A stretch of DNA of 59,056 nucleotides, the filler included, from Squatina squatina (lineage: Eukaryota): assembly GCA_031763465.1 (NCBI GenBank). It is 3 parts of 3 records of this genome, joined end to end, with 100 filler letters (N's around TTAATTAATTAA, not from the genome) between each part and the next. Parts side by side here need not be neighbours in the genome. Positions count along the whole stretch, not along the records: positions 24,623 to 41,192 come from JARFOE010000019.1; 2 more parts are not named here. One strand, written 5' to 3'. This document shows, one piece after another, positions 25,250 to 37,291 of the stretch (within the stretch, counting starts at the first letter, position 1; every line of letters begins with the position of its first letter). The notes beneath the pieces were generated by a model. It did no database searches and was not told the DNA's origin. It saw only the letters and a list, made by a program, of their open reading frames with translations. The position numbers and the translations under genes were made by a program.

Positions 25250-25885
25250 AGCCTCACAACCAGTATATATAAATATATATATATAAATATATTAAAAAAG
25301 CACACCTTCACCCCCCGCACCAAAGAGAATCAACCCATTGCTGGGGTAAAGCTTTGTGTAAATATGTACATTTGATTTTGTACAAAAATATGTACTTATC
25401 CTGTATAGAAAATAATAATTTAACAGAAGGATTTAAATGGCAGACTGAAAGCAGGAAAACACTCGTCAGAGCTCTTTAATTTTACAATTTATTTGAAAGA
25501 AGAACTCAATACAACACACCCCGAGCTGGGGAATTATCCTCTCGTACGTTCAGGAGATTCAACGGCAAAACCACTTTGCTTTTTGTTTAACATCTAGAAA
25601 TTTCCCTTCGGTTCCAATACTAAGTCACTGACAGACTGCAGTATACTGACAGTGCGTAATCCAACGCTTTCATGCATTTTATTTACCACTTATCTGTGAG
25701 CTGCAGGTCTTTATAACCTCACATTGCAGAACATCTCCTGTTGGGCTATTTTCTTTATTGCAGTGCTTCAAGATTTGATAATGACAATAAGAGCCTCTAT
25801 TTACTGCTGTGGTTGCAAAATGCAATATTTAATAAACTTTATTCAAGCCACTGATGTGCCTTGGCATGTGTGTGTCTGTTTTTAT
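25250..25885 (+). promoter_or_regulatory. Putative 3' UTR end and polyadenylation site of an unseen upstream gene
   Basis: AT-rich with repeated TGTA motifs, Pumilio-type TGTAAATA at 25357-25364, AATAAA at 25831-25836, then a GT/T-rich tract. Confidence 0.35.
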
Positions 25886-25894
25886 TCTCCGAGC

Positions 25895-26820
25895 ATGATT
25901 ATAGCTAAGGAGGAGGCCATTTGGCCCATCGTGCCTGTGCCAGCTCTTTGGTAGTGCTCTCCAATTAGCCCCACTGCCCTGCTCTTTCCCCATAGCCCTA
26001 TAACTTTTTTCCCTTCGAGTATTTATCAATTTCCTTTTGAATGCTACTGTTCAATATGCTCCCACCGCCCTTTCAGGCAGCGTGTTCCAGATCACAACAA
26101 CTCGCTGCGTTTAAAAAAAAAAGTGTTTCCTCATCTCACCTCTGGTTCTTTTGCCAATCACCTGTAAACCTGTGTCCTCTGGTTACCAACCCATCTACCA
26201 CTGGAAACCGTTCCCCTCAATCTACTTTATCAAAACCTTTCATGATTTTGAACACTTCTATTCAATCATCTCTTCGCCTTCTCTGCTCTAAGGAGAACAA
26301 CCCAGCTTCTCCATGTAACGGAAGTCCCTCATCCCTGGGACCACTCTTGTAAATCTCCTCCGCATCCTCTCCAAGGCCATGACGTACTTCCTAAGTGCGG
26401 TGCCCAGAAATGGCCACAAATTCCAGCTGGGGTTGAACCAGTGATTAATAAAGGTTTAGCATAACCTCCTTACTTTTGCACTCTGTACCTCTGTTTGTAA
26501 AGCCCAAGGATCCCATTTGCTTTTTTCAGCAGCCTTCTCAACTTGTCTCGCTACCTGTAAAGCCTTGTGTACGTCCACCCCGCTGGTCTCTCTGTTCCTG
26601 CACTCCTTTTAAATTTTGCCATTTAGTTTATATTGCCTCTCCTCATTCTTCCTACAAAATGTATCACTTCACACTTCTGTGTTTAATTCCATCTGCTCAT
26701 TTCACCAATCTGTCTGTCTGTTATTGTCCGCCTCATTATTTACTACATTTGAGTTTCACCTCCCTTGCAAACGTTGGAATTATGCCCTGTCGACCCCAGT
26801 CCAGGTCATTCGTACATTTC
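25895..26820 (-). mobile_element. CR1 LINE 3' fragment (~0.9 kb, degenerate RT C-terminus and tail)
   Basis: Begins ggaggccatttggcccatcg (reverse of tail); overlaps in sequence with the CR1 copies at 30042-30670, 38285-38490 and 45904-46095. Confidence 0.85.
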
Positions 26821-27261
26821 AGAAAGAGTTTGCTCACTAATACATTAGAGTACCAGCAGGTGGCAGCATGCACTGCAAGAAAATGCGCTGGGACCACTAT
26901 TTTCCGTGTATGTTGCCAAACATTTAGGGATCATAGGATAGAGATAGTCTCCAACCTGCATTGAGTCTCTGACCGACGCCCCCATTGAAGTGAGGCTCCA
27001 AGTCTTCAACCTGTGCTCCTATTCAGTGAGGCTTGTGCTAATAGCACAGGGTTACCGAATAGACCATCCAATGAATAATGTGAGGTGTCGACATAACCCT
27101 TGAAGAGGAAAACATTGTAGAGTTTGCTTTGGGTAGATTATAGGCTCTGCAAGGTTATGCGATTAGATTTTACAAATTTGCACTCCATGTGGAGCTTTGG
27201 CCAACTGAAGCCAATATTGTGAATTGTGATGTTTGTCCAGTCTTTTCCAGAGTGACCATCA

Positions 27262-27286
27262 TCTCTCTCTCTCTCTCTCTCTCTCC
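27262..27286. repeat. (CT)n microsatellite
   Basis: Direct run of ct dinucleotides. Confidence 0.9.
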
Positions 27287-28254
27287 TATAACCTGAGGAG
27301 TGGTTGAAAAGCCTGTCATTTCTCAGGAGGCATTTTTCCAAGGGTAAAGGGAATCCATAAATTGAACTCTGAGAATATCTTTGAGATTGCCACACACTCC
27401 AGAACCAGGGGACATGGGCTCTAACCTATGAAGGAAGGAGCGCAGAGAGTTTAGATTTAACTTCTTTACACAGGTTGGAGAGTGTATGGAAATGGACTGT
27501 CCAGGGCTGGAGGGGAGGTGAAGAATGGGAACTTTTCAGAGAGAAGTGGAGAGATATTTGACAGATTGGGCGATTGAGGGGGTATTCGATTTGGTGACTG
27601 GCCGTGATGATTGGAGAGTTTGCTCCTGTGCTTTCCTATACATCTCTCCATTTTATCAAACTGTTAATTTAAGTGAGGCTAATAATGTCTGTTAACCAGT
27701 ATCGACACAGCTCTTTTTTTTAAAGCTTTCAATTGGCCCCAATCTAGCTCCCTTCTCTGGGAGTCTGTTCCACATCCTCACTATTCTGTGGGGATCTCCA
27801 ACCTCGCTCAAGGCTTGTGGATGTTGTACTTGTCGGCCTGTCTCTGCTCCTTGTCCGAGTTAATTAACTGGTTTACTTCAGCCTTATCTGCGCCCTTTAT
27901 CACGGTTCCCCTCGGTCTTCTCCAACAAAATTAAGTTTGGTCATTGAGCCTTGCTTCATAATTAGATCTCTTGAGGCCCAGAATCATCCTGCTATCTCTT
28001 CCTGAACCTTATCTAAAGTAACAACATTCATTATGAAGGAGGGTGGGCACACTGTACTTCATAGAAATTCCTATTTCTTTGGTAAACAGGCCAAGTGAGA
28101 AAATCCAGCTGCTTATTTTTTCTGGCTGCGCTGTATAGACCTCGAGGACTATTCACCAGATACAGTATGTTTCCTTCATTTTTGCCCATCCCTTGTTCAA
28201 CTCCCACGGTGGGAGCAGGAGTTAAAAGAAACTCATGTGGTGAGGCTGACCTCG

Positions 28255-28360
28255 AAGGTCAGTGGGTGGCACTCTCTCCTCCGAGTCAGAGGGTCGTGGG
28301 CTCAAGTCCCGCTCAAGTCCCACTCCAGAGACTTGAGCACAAAAATCTCGGCTCACTCTC
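28255..28360 (+). mobile_element. SINE tRNA-derived head, truncated by gap
   Basis: ggtcagtgggtggcactctctcctccgagtcagagggtcgtgggctcaagtccc...ccagagacttgagcac, with an 11-bp duplication of the B-box region. Confidence 0.75.
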
Positions 28361-28621
28361 NNNNNNNNNNNNNNNNNNNNNNNNNNNNNNNNNNNNNNNN
28401 NNNNNNNNNNNNNNNNNNNNNNNNNNNNNNNNNNNNNNNNNNNNNNNNNNNNNNNNNNNNTGCGTTTTAGCGCCAAAAGTGCCTTAACGCTAGTTTTGCG
28501 CCACTTTCACGCGATAAGTTTTACCACGAATTGGCTGCCCCTTACCTCTTAGCTGGCAGGTTCCCTGAGGCCTAGGAAACCCGCTCACCCACAGTTAAAT
28601 TTAAACTGATGGATCACCATG

Positions 28622-28912
28622 ACCTCAGGACACCCTACAGCACTTTACAGCCAGTGAAGTACTTCCTGGAGTGTAGTCACTGTTGTAATGTGGGAAACCA
28701 ACTTGTGCACAGCAAGATCCCACAAACAGCAATGTGATAATGGCCAGATAATCTGCTTTAGTGATGTTGGTTGAGGGATAACTTTTGGCCAGGACACCGG
28801 GGAGAACTCCCCTGCTTTTCTTTGAAATAGCGCCATGGGATCTTTTATGTCTGCCTGAGGGGGCAGACATCTGACTCGAGGTGAGAGCACGACCCAGTGA
28901 GCAACAGCTGAC
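28622..28912 (-). mobile_element. SacSINE1/DeuSINE-like SINE, internally deleted
   Basis: Collinear with 40730-40955, then jumps to head sequence ctgactcgaggtgagagc. Confidence 0.85.
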
Positions 28913-29000
28913 ACGCGAGGGGAAAACTGGAGAGTGGGAGAAAAATCCTGATCTAACTTTTGATTCTTTGGTGATCACAGTGTCCTCTTCCTTTTGTCAG

Positions 29001-29152
29001 ATAACTCCACGGAGTAAAGCTGAAGCTGCCAAACTCTGTATCGGGGATGTGATCTTGTCCATTGATGGCGAAAATACTGATGGGATGACCCATTTGGATG
29101 CTCAGAACAAGATCAAGGGGTGTGGAGATGAAATGACTTTCCTGATTGCCAG
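29001..29152 (+). CDS. PDLIM1: PDZ-LIM protein (ALP subfamily) exon 2, PDZ domain; best match PDLIM1/CLP36
   Basis: 152-bp exon, cttttgtcag|ATA ... GCCAG|gtacag. Encodes [51 protein letters not shown] versus recalled human PDLIM1 [51 protein letters not shown]. Confidence 0.85.
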
Positions 29153-29326
29153 GTACAGCTTGTATTACTTTCTATAATAAGAAAACTTTCCCCTTTTTTT
29201 TGACTGTTAACCAGTCCCAGAAGTATNNNNNNNNNNNNNNNNNNNNNNNNNNNNNNNNNNNNNNNNNNNNNNNNNNNNNNNNNNNNNNNNNNNNNNNNNN
29301 NNNNNNNNNNNNNNNNNNNNNNNNNN

Positions 29327-29583
29327 CCTTCTTCCTCCTCTTGCTCTCCATCAGCTTTATACAGGAGGCACAGCACCTCCTCCATCCCCAGCCGGCTCCT
29401 GGTCGGACCCGAGGAGCTGAAGCAAGTGGCCCAGTGCAGTCCAGCAGGTCCCATGGAGGTGGATGTGCCGGGGCTCCGTGTGCTCCACACTCAGTTTAAC
29501 TCTCCTCTGCAACTTTATTCTCAGCAAAACATTATGGACAGTTTGCAGGGACAGATCTCCACACTAAGCCCTTCTTATACCAG
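29327..29583 (+). CDS. PDZ-LIM exon with ZM (ZASP-like) motif; 5' boundary either in the gap or at tacag|29365
   Basis: Frame is open from the gap edge: PSSSSCSPSALYRRHSTSSIPSRLLVGPEELKQVAQCSPAGPMEVDVPGLRVLHTQFNSPLQLYSQQNIMDSLQGQISTLSPSYT; donor CAG|gtaac. This frame is absent from the supplied ORF track. Confidence 0.88.
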
Positions 29584-29607
29584 GTAACAAGCCCTCCATT
29601 GTCGCTC

Positions 29608-29636
29608 TGTGTGTGTGTGTATGTGTGTGTGTGTGT
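29608..29636. repeat. (TG)n microsatellite
   Basis: TG run just downstream of the ZM exon donor. Confidence 0.9.
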
Positions 29637-29794
29637 TCCTACACACTTGCACGTCACTTTGGCCTGAGCTCTTTGCACGTTGTTTGGTTGGATTTTCTTT
29701 TTGGGGCTTGCACTCAGCATGTCACAAGCGGAGAGAAGGGATTGCATGGCACCTTTACATGGATAGCGTATGATACTGAACTCCCCACCCTCCC

Positions 29795-30670
29795 CTTGTA
29801 TAGAATGTAGAGCACAGAGACAGGCCAATTCAACCCGTCTGGTGCGTGCTGGTGTTTATGTTCCACATGTGCCTCCTCCCACCTGCCTTCATCGAATCCT
29901 ATCAGCGTTTGCTTCTATCCCTTTCTCCCTCATGCATTTATNNNNNNNNNNNNNNNNNNNNNNNNNNNNNNNNNNNNNNNNNNNNNNNNNNNNNNNNNNN
30001 NNNNNNNNNNNNNNNNNNNNNNNNNNNNNNNNNNNNNNNNNACCTAATCCCACTGTCCAGCTCTTGGTCCGTAGCCCTGTAGGTTATGGCACTTCAAGGG
30101 CACATCCAAGTACTTTTTAAATGCGATGAGGGTTTCTGCCTCGACCACCCTTGCAGGCAGTGAAGTTCCAGAACTCCAGCAACTTCTGGGTGAAAAAAGT
30201 TTCCCTCGAATCCCCTCCAAACTTTCTACCAATTACTTTAATTCTATGCACCCTAGTTATTGACCCCTCTGCTGAGAGGTATAGGTCCTTCCTATCCACT
30301 CTCTCTGGGCTCCTCATAACTTTATATTAAATCTCCCCTCAGCCTCCTCTGTTCCAAATAAACAACCCAGCCCATCCAATCTTCCTCATAGCTAAAATTC
30401 TCCAGTCCAGGCAACATCTTGGTAAACCTCCTCTGTACGCTCTCTAGTGCAGTCACACCTTTCCTGTAATGTCGTGTCCAGAACTGCTCGCAGTACTCGA
30501 ACTGTGGCCTAGCAGTGTTTTATACAGTTCTTATGTTCCCTGCTCTTATATGCTATGCATCGGCTAATAAAGGAAAGTATCCCGTCTGCCTCCTTAACCA
30601 CCTGATGTACCTGTCCTGCTACCTTCAGTGATCTGTGGACATGCACTCCAAGGTCCCTCTATTCCTCAAC
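29795..30670 (-). mobile_element. CR1 LINE 3' fragments spanning a gap
   Basis: ORF pieces RVVEAETLIAFKKYLDVPLK and EGSITRVHRIKVIGRKFGGDSRETFFTQK match the CR1 ORF2 C-terminus. Confidence 0.88.
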
Positions 30671-32809
30671 ACTTCTTGCCAATACAGATAACCTCCCAAT
30701 GCTCTCTTGCCAGCAGGATCTTGTGAGAGCATTGCTCAAACCCCGGTTATGTTCAAATTTGTTGTTCCCGTCTACATGGAGCAGTACAAGCTAGAATTGA
30801 CGACGGGAGCTCGAGGCTGGAGGAGTCTCTTCTGTTAAAAAGGAACAGTGGGGCATCACAAGTCTCCTTAAACCGCTCCTACCTCTGTGACAGACCCAGA
30901 CCCACCGAGACTTTGTCCTGGCGGTACACACCGCTCTCCAGGCACAGCCCTAACATGCCAAGGACGAGAATCCAGCATGAATGTGCTGCTGCGGAGAGGT
31001 CACACCCACCCTTCCGCAGGAGTCCCCAGCAGTACTTCCTGCACTTTGAACGCTGCTGCCCGCTCACATTGCAGTCCTAGGAGCCAGGACTCGCCCTTTG
31101 TGCTGTCAGAAGCCAGGCCAAGTGTCTTCAACTGATTTTCCATTTNNNNNNNNNNNNNNNNNNNNNNNNNNNNNNNNNNNNNNNNNNNNNNNNNNNNNNN
31201 NNNNNNNNNNNNNNNNNNNNNNNNNNNNNNNNNNNNNNNNNNNNNTCTGCGTGCCCATTTTCCTTTGGCAGACTGCGTCCCAACCATAATGGGTCGGTGG
31301 AATGGGAAGGAGAGCCATGTTTTACACTGCCTCCTGATGGACATGAACAATTAGGTCCTGGATGTGGCTGGAAGCTTAAAGTTCACCTCCTTTCCATCAA
31401 TAGTGCGCCCCCTACGGTGGGAGTGCTGCCTGCTTAAAGCCAGCAGCACACAGGAATGTAAAAATGTGATAAGAAGGACTCCGCGTATAGTTTTTTTTTA
31501 AACAGGACTTTTCAGACAGCAGAACTGATACAGTGAGACACCAAGTCTTGTTCAATAGCTCCTGGCATGTTTATGGTGTAAAGTTGAGACTTAATCCTTT
31601 AAACTGCACTAAATCAAGATTGCAGCTTTTCCCCTGGTGGGCAGTGAGCCCCAGGAGTCAGATGGCTTGCTTTGATGATTCATGGACAGGAAGAGCGTCT
31701 AATGTCATCTTTGGTGTTGCCTGTAAGGTTCCTCACCTTTCAGGGCCTGTAGGTCAGGTGCTATTTGTCTTGTGTCAGACACTGATAGAAAACCCCTGGG
31801 TCATTCTCCCACTTGGAGCAGAATAGTGTCCAATTCAGCAACAAAAAATGGTCTCTTTATATCTCCGTACTAGGAAACATGTAAGGGCAGCTTTTATAGG
31901 TAAGACAATTCTTGTATTTATACAGCAGCTTTCACATGTCAGGGGTGTGGGGGCNNNNNNNNNNNNNNNNNNNNNNNNNNNNNNNNNNNNNNNNNNNNNN
32001 NNNNNNNNNNNNNNNNNNNNNNNNNNNNNNNNNNNNNNNNNNNNNNNNNNNNNNAGGGTCTCACTCTTTTCATGGGATGATGATGGTGAGACTGCCTCTT
32101 TAAGCAAACAGCAATTCTGCATTCCCCAGCAGCAGGAACTCTGTACCTGGCTCCTCTCTTAACCTTGATTATTTGAAAGTCTTGTGCCCAAAGACTTGCC
32201 ATTGTTCATTTTACAAGAAAGCTCATCTTTCTAACGTCACCTGTCGATACAGCGGGAAGAGAAAAACTCACAGGTTGCACGTTTTACCAAATTCTGGGCT
32301 GAAAGTAAGAGGTCATGACCCTTTGCTTGTCATCTTCCTCAGGGCAGCTTTGTTAATGAAGGCATAACAAACCCTGCCTGCAGCTAATTTGTAGTGGCAT
32401 TTCCTGTCCCCTTTGGGCCTGTGCTGCTCTATTTCATTTACTCTTATCAGCACTGTAGTCATGTGGTTTTCTGCTTGGACGCCTCTGTCTCCCCATCAGT
32501 TTGCAATTGGAATCTTCATTAATACTCTTGATCTACTGGCTAAGGCCACGAGATGAACAACCCTGCCTTAGGCCATGAATAAAATATCGGGGACTTGTTT
32601 GGGTCCTGTTGGTCTCTCTTTCTCAAAGAAATGTTGAAAACATTTCCTCTTCCNNNNNNNNNNNNNNNNNNNNNNNNNNNNNNNNNNNNNNNNNNNNNNN
32701 NNNNNNNNNNNNNNNNNNNNNNNNNNNNNNNNNNNNNNNNNNNNNNNNNNNNNGAGCACTTTAGTTAAAGGATAAGTCAAAGGAGGGGTGGGACACCAGA
32801 CTCCCTTCA

Positions 32810-33036
32810 CCTGAATGAAGGGAGATGTGGAATGTGCTGCCTGAAAGGACGGTAGAAGCAGATTGAACCGTAACTTTCAAAAGAGAATTGGAGATATAGT
32901 TATAAAGGAAAAAAAATGGAGGTCGATGAGGAAAGAGTGGGGAAGTGGGAGCCATTGGAGAGCTCTTTTGAAGAGCTGGCACAGGCATGATGGACCCAAT
33001 GGCCTCCTCCTGTGATGTACGATTCTATGATTCTAT
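32810..33036 (+). mobile_element. CR1 LINE 3' end
   Basis: tggaatgtgctgcctgaaaggacggtagaagcag...aatggcctcctcctgtgatgtacgattctatgattcta. Confidence 0.8.
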
Positions 33037-33744
33037 ATCTGTGGGTGAAGGCTTAATGTTCACATGACATTCCTTTGTCTGCTATTTTAATGGGGACTTT
33101 AACCCATTTAAAATAAATGGCTTCATTAAAACAGTGGATAGAGGAATATAAATTGAACATATCATGCATTTGTCCATTGATATCGCCAGTGATAATTTCT
33201 GGGCTATATTTATCATCATATAAAGGATGTTGAGAGTAGGAGACAGAATTATTCGGCAAGCAATTATTGCAGTGTCTTGCAAGAATAAAACATCACAGGA
33301 GGGGTCCCTGCACTCTCTTGTTATTGAAAGCTGAATACACAGTGCTGGATATTGTAAAACTGATCTGGGAGCTGAGGGGCAGCAATAGTTGCCAGGAAAC
33401 AGTGCCATCATTATTGTTTCCAAAGCATCAAAGACGTCCCAAGCTGATAGACATTGAGTGATCACGAGGTAAAGGTTTGTTCTCTGTGACTGGACAATCA
33501 TTTGAGGATTGAAGGTCAGCATATGATCAGCACCTGGGCATGTAAGAGTGCAATGAGGTTTGGTCTGACAGCAGGTGATCTTAGAAATCACACTGAAAGC
33601 ATTTGAAGGACAACACAGGCATGGAGTTGGGGTGAAATGGTGGCNNNNNNNNNNNNNNNNNNNNNNNNNNNNNNNNNNNNNNNNNNNNNNNNNNNNNNNN
33701 NNNNNNNNNNNNNNNNNNNNNNNNNNNNNNNNNNNNNNNNNNNN

Positions 33745-33840
33745 TGGATTTTTTGCGTTCATGTCTCTGGAGTGGGACGAGAACCCACGAACTTCTGACT
33801 CGGAGGTGAGGGTGCTGCCCACTGAGTCACAGCTGACACT
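33745..33840 (-). mobile_element. SINE tRNA-derived head
   Basis: Reverse strand reads gtgactcagtgggcagcaccctcacctccgagtcagaagttcgtgggttctcgtcccactccagagac. Confidence 0.75.
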
Positions 33841-34950
33841 TGTGAGCAGTAAGTGCAGAGCAGGTTTAGTGAGGAATTCTGAAAAGGCAGGTTCAACCGA
33901 GAAAGCTAGCCATGTTGGAGATCAGGGGTTAGGAATGGGAGGGTACAGGAAGGAGAAGAAGCATTGAATAATAAGGGAGTAGAGGTGGTGGAAAGACTGG
34001 AAGACAAGTGGAAGGATTGAATATATTCACTGAAGTTTTAATAATTCATTGTGATTCTGGACGAGGTTTACTTTATTCATTTGAGTTAGTCAATAATTTA
34101 CTGAGACTAAAGCTGATTGATTTGATTCACTGAGTAGCTCCAGAATCAATTTGAGAAAGAAGGATTAATTCAGTCTTGATTTGGTGATTTAGAGTCAAAT
34201 AGTGAAAAGAACTACTTGTGTATTAATTTATGGTGTTAAATTGGAGCAGGAGGGAAGCTAATTATTTATTTGNNNNNNNNNNNNNNNNNNNNNNNNNNNN
34301 NNNNNNNNNNNNNNNNNNNNNNNNNNNNNNNNNNNNNNNNNNNNNNNNNNNNNNNNNNNNNNNNNNNNNNNNGTGGATGAGAAGGCATCCTGGTAATGGG
34401 CTGCACAGTGCATAGCACATTGCTGGAAGGGTTAGTTACTGTGCGATGGGATCTGTAGGAGGTAAAAGCAACAAGCCAGTTTCAATTTTCCCTAATCTCT
34501 TTTAATGGCTGTGTTAGAGCTGCTGTGCTAAACCAGCACTGGGTGTTAAGGGCAACATTAGCGTCAGTAATCAGCACTGGCCTGAGAAATTCATTATCAG
34601 TCTTTAAATGATTCAACAATCTCAGTGTTTGACTAGACGGAACAGCACTAATTACAGGGCTTGATTAGTAATTATGTACTAATGGTTAGAAAATCGAATA
34701 GGTCTGATTTGTAATTCATTTTATGGGTTGTTTTTTTGTTTGAATGCCTGGAGTAAACCATGATTATGGGATACGGCAAGTGGCAAATCTTACTTATTGG
34801 AAGTATCAGAAACAAAACAGCATAGCTAATTATTTTTTATTGAGAAACCCGAGGTGAAAGATCGGGGGTCCACAGTGCAGGGCGCTACCATGTTTGAGTA
34901 GGGTAGGAGGGGTGACAACTTAAATCAGGAAGCAGTGAATAGGTGGCACC

Positions 34951-35311
34951 GAGGGATGTCAACCCTCCGGGATTGTTCTGGAGTCCCCGTGAATTAAAGA
35001 TTAATGTCCTGGACACTCTCGAGCAACTCGGGAAATAAATCACGAGGGCATTAAACAAAATGATGTGTTTTTTCATTTTATTTGATTAGTTACAAAAATA
35101 TTGGAGTTGGGGAATAAAGGCTGTGTGACTGACAGTCAAGAAGCATCCAATCAGGCAGCGAAGAGGCTCTTCACCTTCCAATTGGCTGGGAAGGTAATGT
35201 GTCACGAGGATGGACGTGTCAGGCGACCAGTGGCGGGCGGTTGGAGGTCGGGGGTCGAGGGTCATGTGTCAAAGTCTCCTGGAATACGTGCAACCAGAGT
35301 TGGCAATCCTA
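34951..35311. mobile_element. Non-autonomous hAT-type DNA transposon (361 bp) with TIRs and 8-bp TSD
   Basis: Ends gagggatgtcaac and gttggcaatccta are imperfect (T)AGGGTTGCCAAC inverted repeats; flanks are gtggcacc (34943-34950) and gtgacacc (35312-35319). Confidence 0.75.
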
Positions 35312-35559
35312 GTGACACCAAACTTGAGTTCTTAAAACCCATGGATTGTAGGAGGAAGGAAAGTACTTGCAGCCTGCATTCTGCGAGCGCGAGCTAGAGT
35401 CGCTTTCCCGCNNNNNNNNNNNNNNNNNNNNNNNNNNNNNNNNNNNNNNNNNNNNNNNNNNNNNNNNNNNNNNNNNNNNNNNNNNNNNNNNNNNNNNNNN
35501 NNNNNNNNNNNGGCCAGTCTTTTCTTGTTTCATGTTTCATATTTTTGCATAGACCTTCG

Positions 35560-35830
35560 AAATTCCTATTGTCTGCTGAATTAGTCTCTCTCAGCAGACT
35601 GGGGCAGTCAGGATGTTACAATTGGCGATACAGAACCCTGGCTAGGTACAAAAAACTGGCCATGGCTCCCATCCCTGGCCCCTGCTGGAAAGTGCATAAT
35701 AGATGTTGGCCAATACGGAGCATGACTCTACTGCTTCTCATCCAATGGCTCAATAGCCTGCCAATATTCATCATGTAGGCTCACATGAGTATGGACACTT
35801 GGCTGAGTCAGATGGTTGCCAGCCCCTGCA
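35560..35830 (+). mobile_element. Old interspersed repeat, same family as 18668-19020
   Basis: Shares ordered sequence blocks with 18740-19020. Confidence 0.55.
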
Positions 35831-37291
35831 TCCCCTTCAGACAGGAGAAAAAATTTGAGAAAGAGATTCATTTATGTCAAATGTACAAAATCCTTATATG
35901 CAAATCTCTCAACAAAATAGACCTGGAAGATACTTCACCACATCACTTGCACTCAGTTATCTGCTGCGACCAATATCAAATTCTTCTGAACAGCTCAGTG
36001 TAAAATTAGTGGAAGCATATTAAGATAATTTGACAACAGTACATGGTTGCAAAATTGAAGATGTTTTACTGGAAATTTAAATTAAATTTGAATGGAGTTC
36101 AAATAAGACGGAGCTGTTCTGCTTCCATCAAGTTGAAGGATTAAGGAGAAAGTTAACACAGCACCATGTGAATTCAACAACAGGTCTCTTGTGCAGGACT
36201 GCAAGGTTCAATGTGATTTGAAGAGCCGATGAATTTGAAGCCTGTGTTTTGTGCAGCATCTGTGAGGCTCATTTTAAATTAGAATTACTGGGAATTAACA
36301 GTGGATCTGCAAATAGGATTTGGATTAGAACTTTTTGTAATTAACAAATTACCTTCAGTAGTGGGTTCCCTCCAGTGAATGAATAAAGATGTATAACAGA
36401 AGGGAAGTCCGTGCACAGCCAGAGGTTTCACTCTGATTCTAATTGATGCTTTACTTTCTCTACCTCATCGGGAAGTGTTGCTTCTCTACTTGTTAGCAAA
36501 TATTGTCTGAACTGCTTTCACTATTGGAAGCAGGCTGCTCTGGCAAGGACCAATTAACAGGGATACATCGTCAATGAGTAAAAAGAGAGCTTGATTGGCT
36601 TGCACCACTGACTATTGTCCTCAGTTTCCATTAGATGCTTGATCTTCATTACAAGACAGCGAGGGGTCGCAACACTGGATTTTCAAGTCCTCTTCGAAAG
36701 GACCTTTCTTGCATCAAAAGATGACATTCTGTTTTCTTTGGCTTTGTGATAATCTTCCTGAAGGGGAATGAATGAAGTCCAAAAGCTCATCAACTCATTA
36801 TTTCCTTCGAGTCTGTTACTCTGGGACCAGCTATCGATTTCGCTAAATTGAAACCAGGTCACTTGAATATCTTTCATGTGACCCCACACCGCCCCTCCCC
36901 CTCAGAAAACCACAGATGAAGCTTCTCAAATGTAGAGTACTTGGTGGTGGGTGAGCTGGGTTAAACAGACCATTTCCACTGAGTCTTAGCAGGAACAATT
37001 CCCTTGTGTTCTCTGCTGTTTCTATTCGGTTAACAAGGTAGATTTTGCAGAGGCTCTGCTGACACTCCAGGGAGTTGCTAGTCAGGGGGCACGGATCCAC
37101 AGTCTGGTGGGACTATCTCCCACACGAAGTCAGACGCTGGGAGCAGAATCTTGTAAAACCTAACCTCATTTCCCTCAAGTATCTGTTTAATGACTAATCA
37201 GACAATTTATATTTGAACGCTTTGAGAGGCAGCATTGACAATACTAGTTACCAGTCAGTGACAGTGACTGATTTGCATCAGCTGCACAAGG

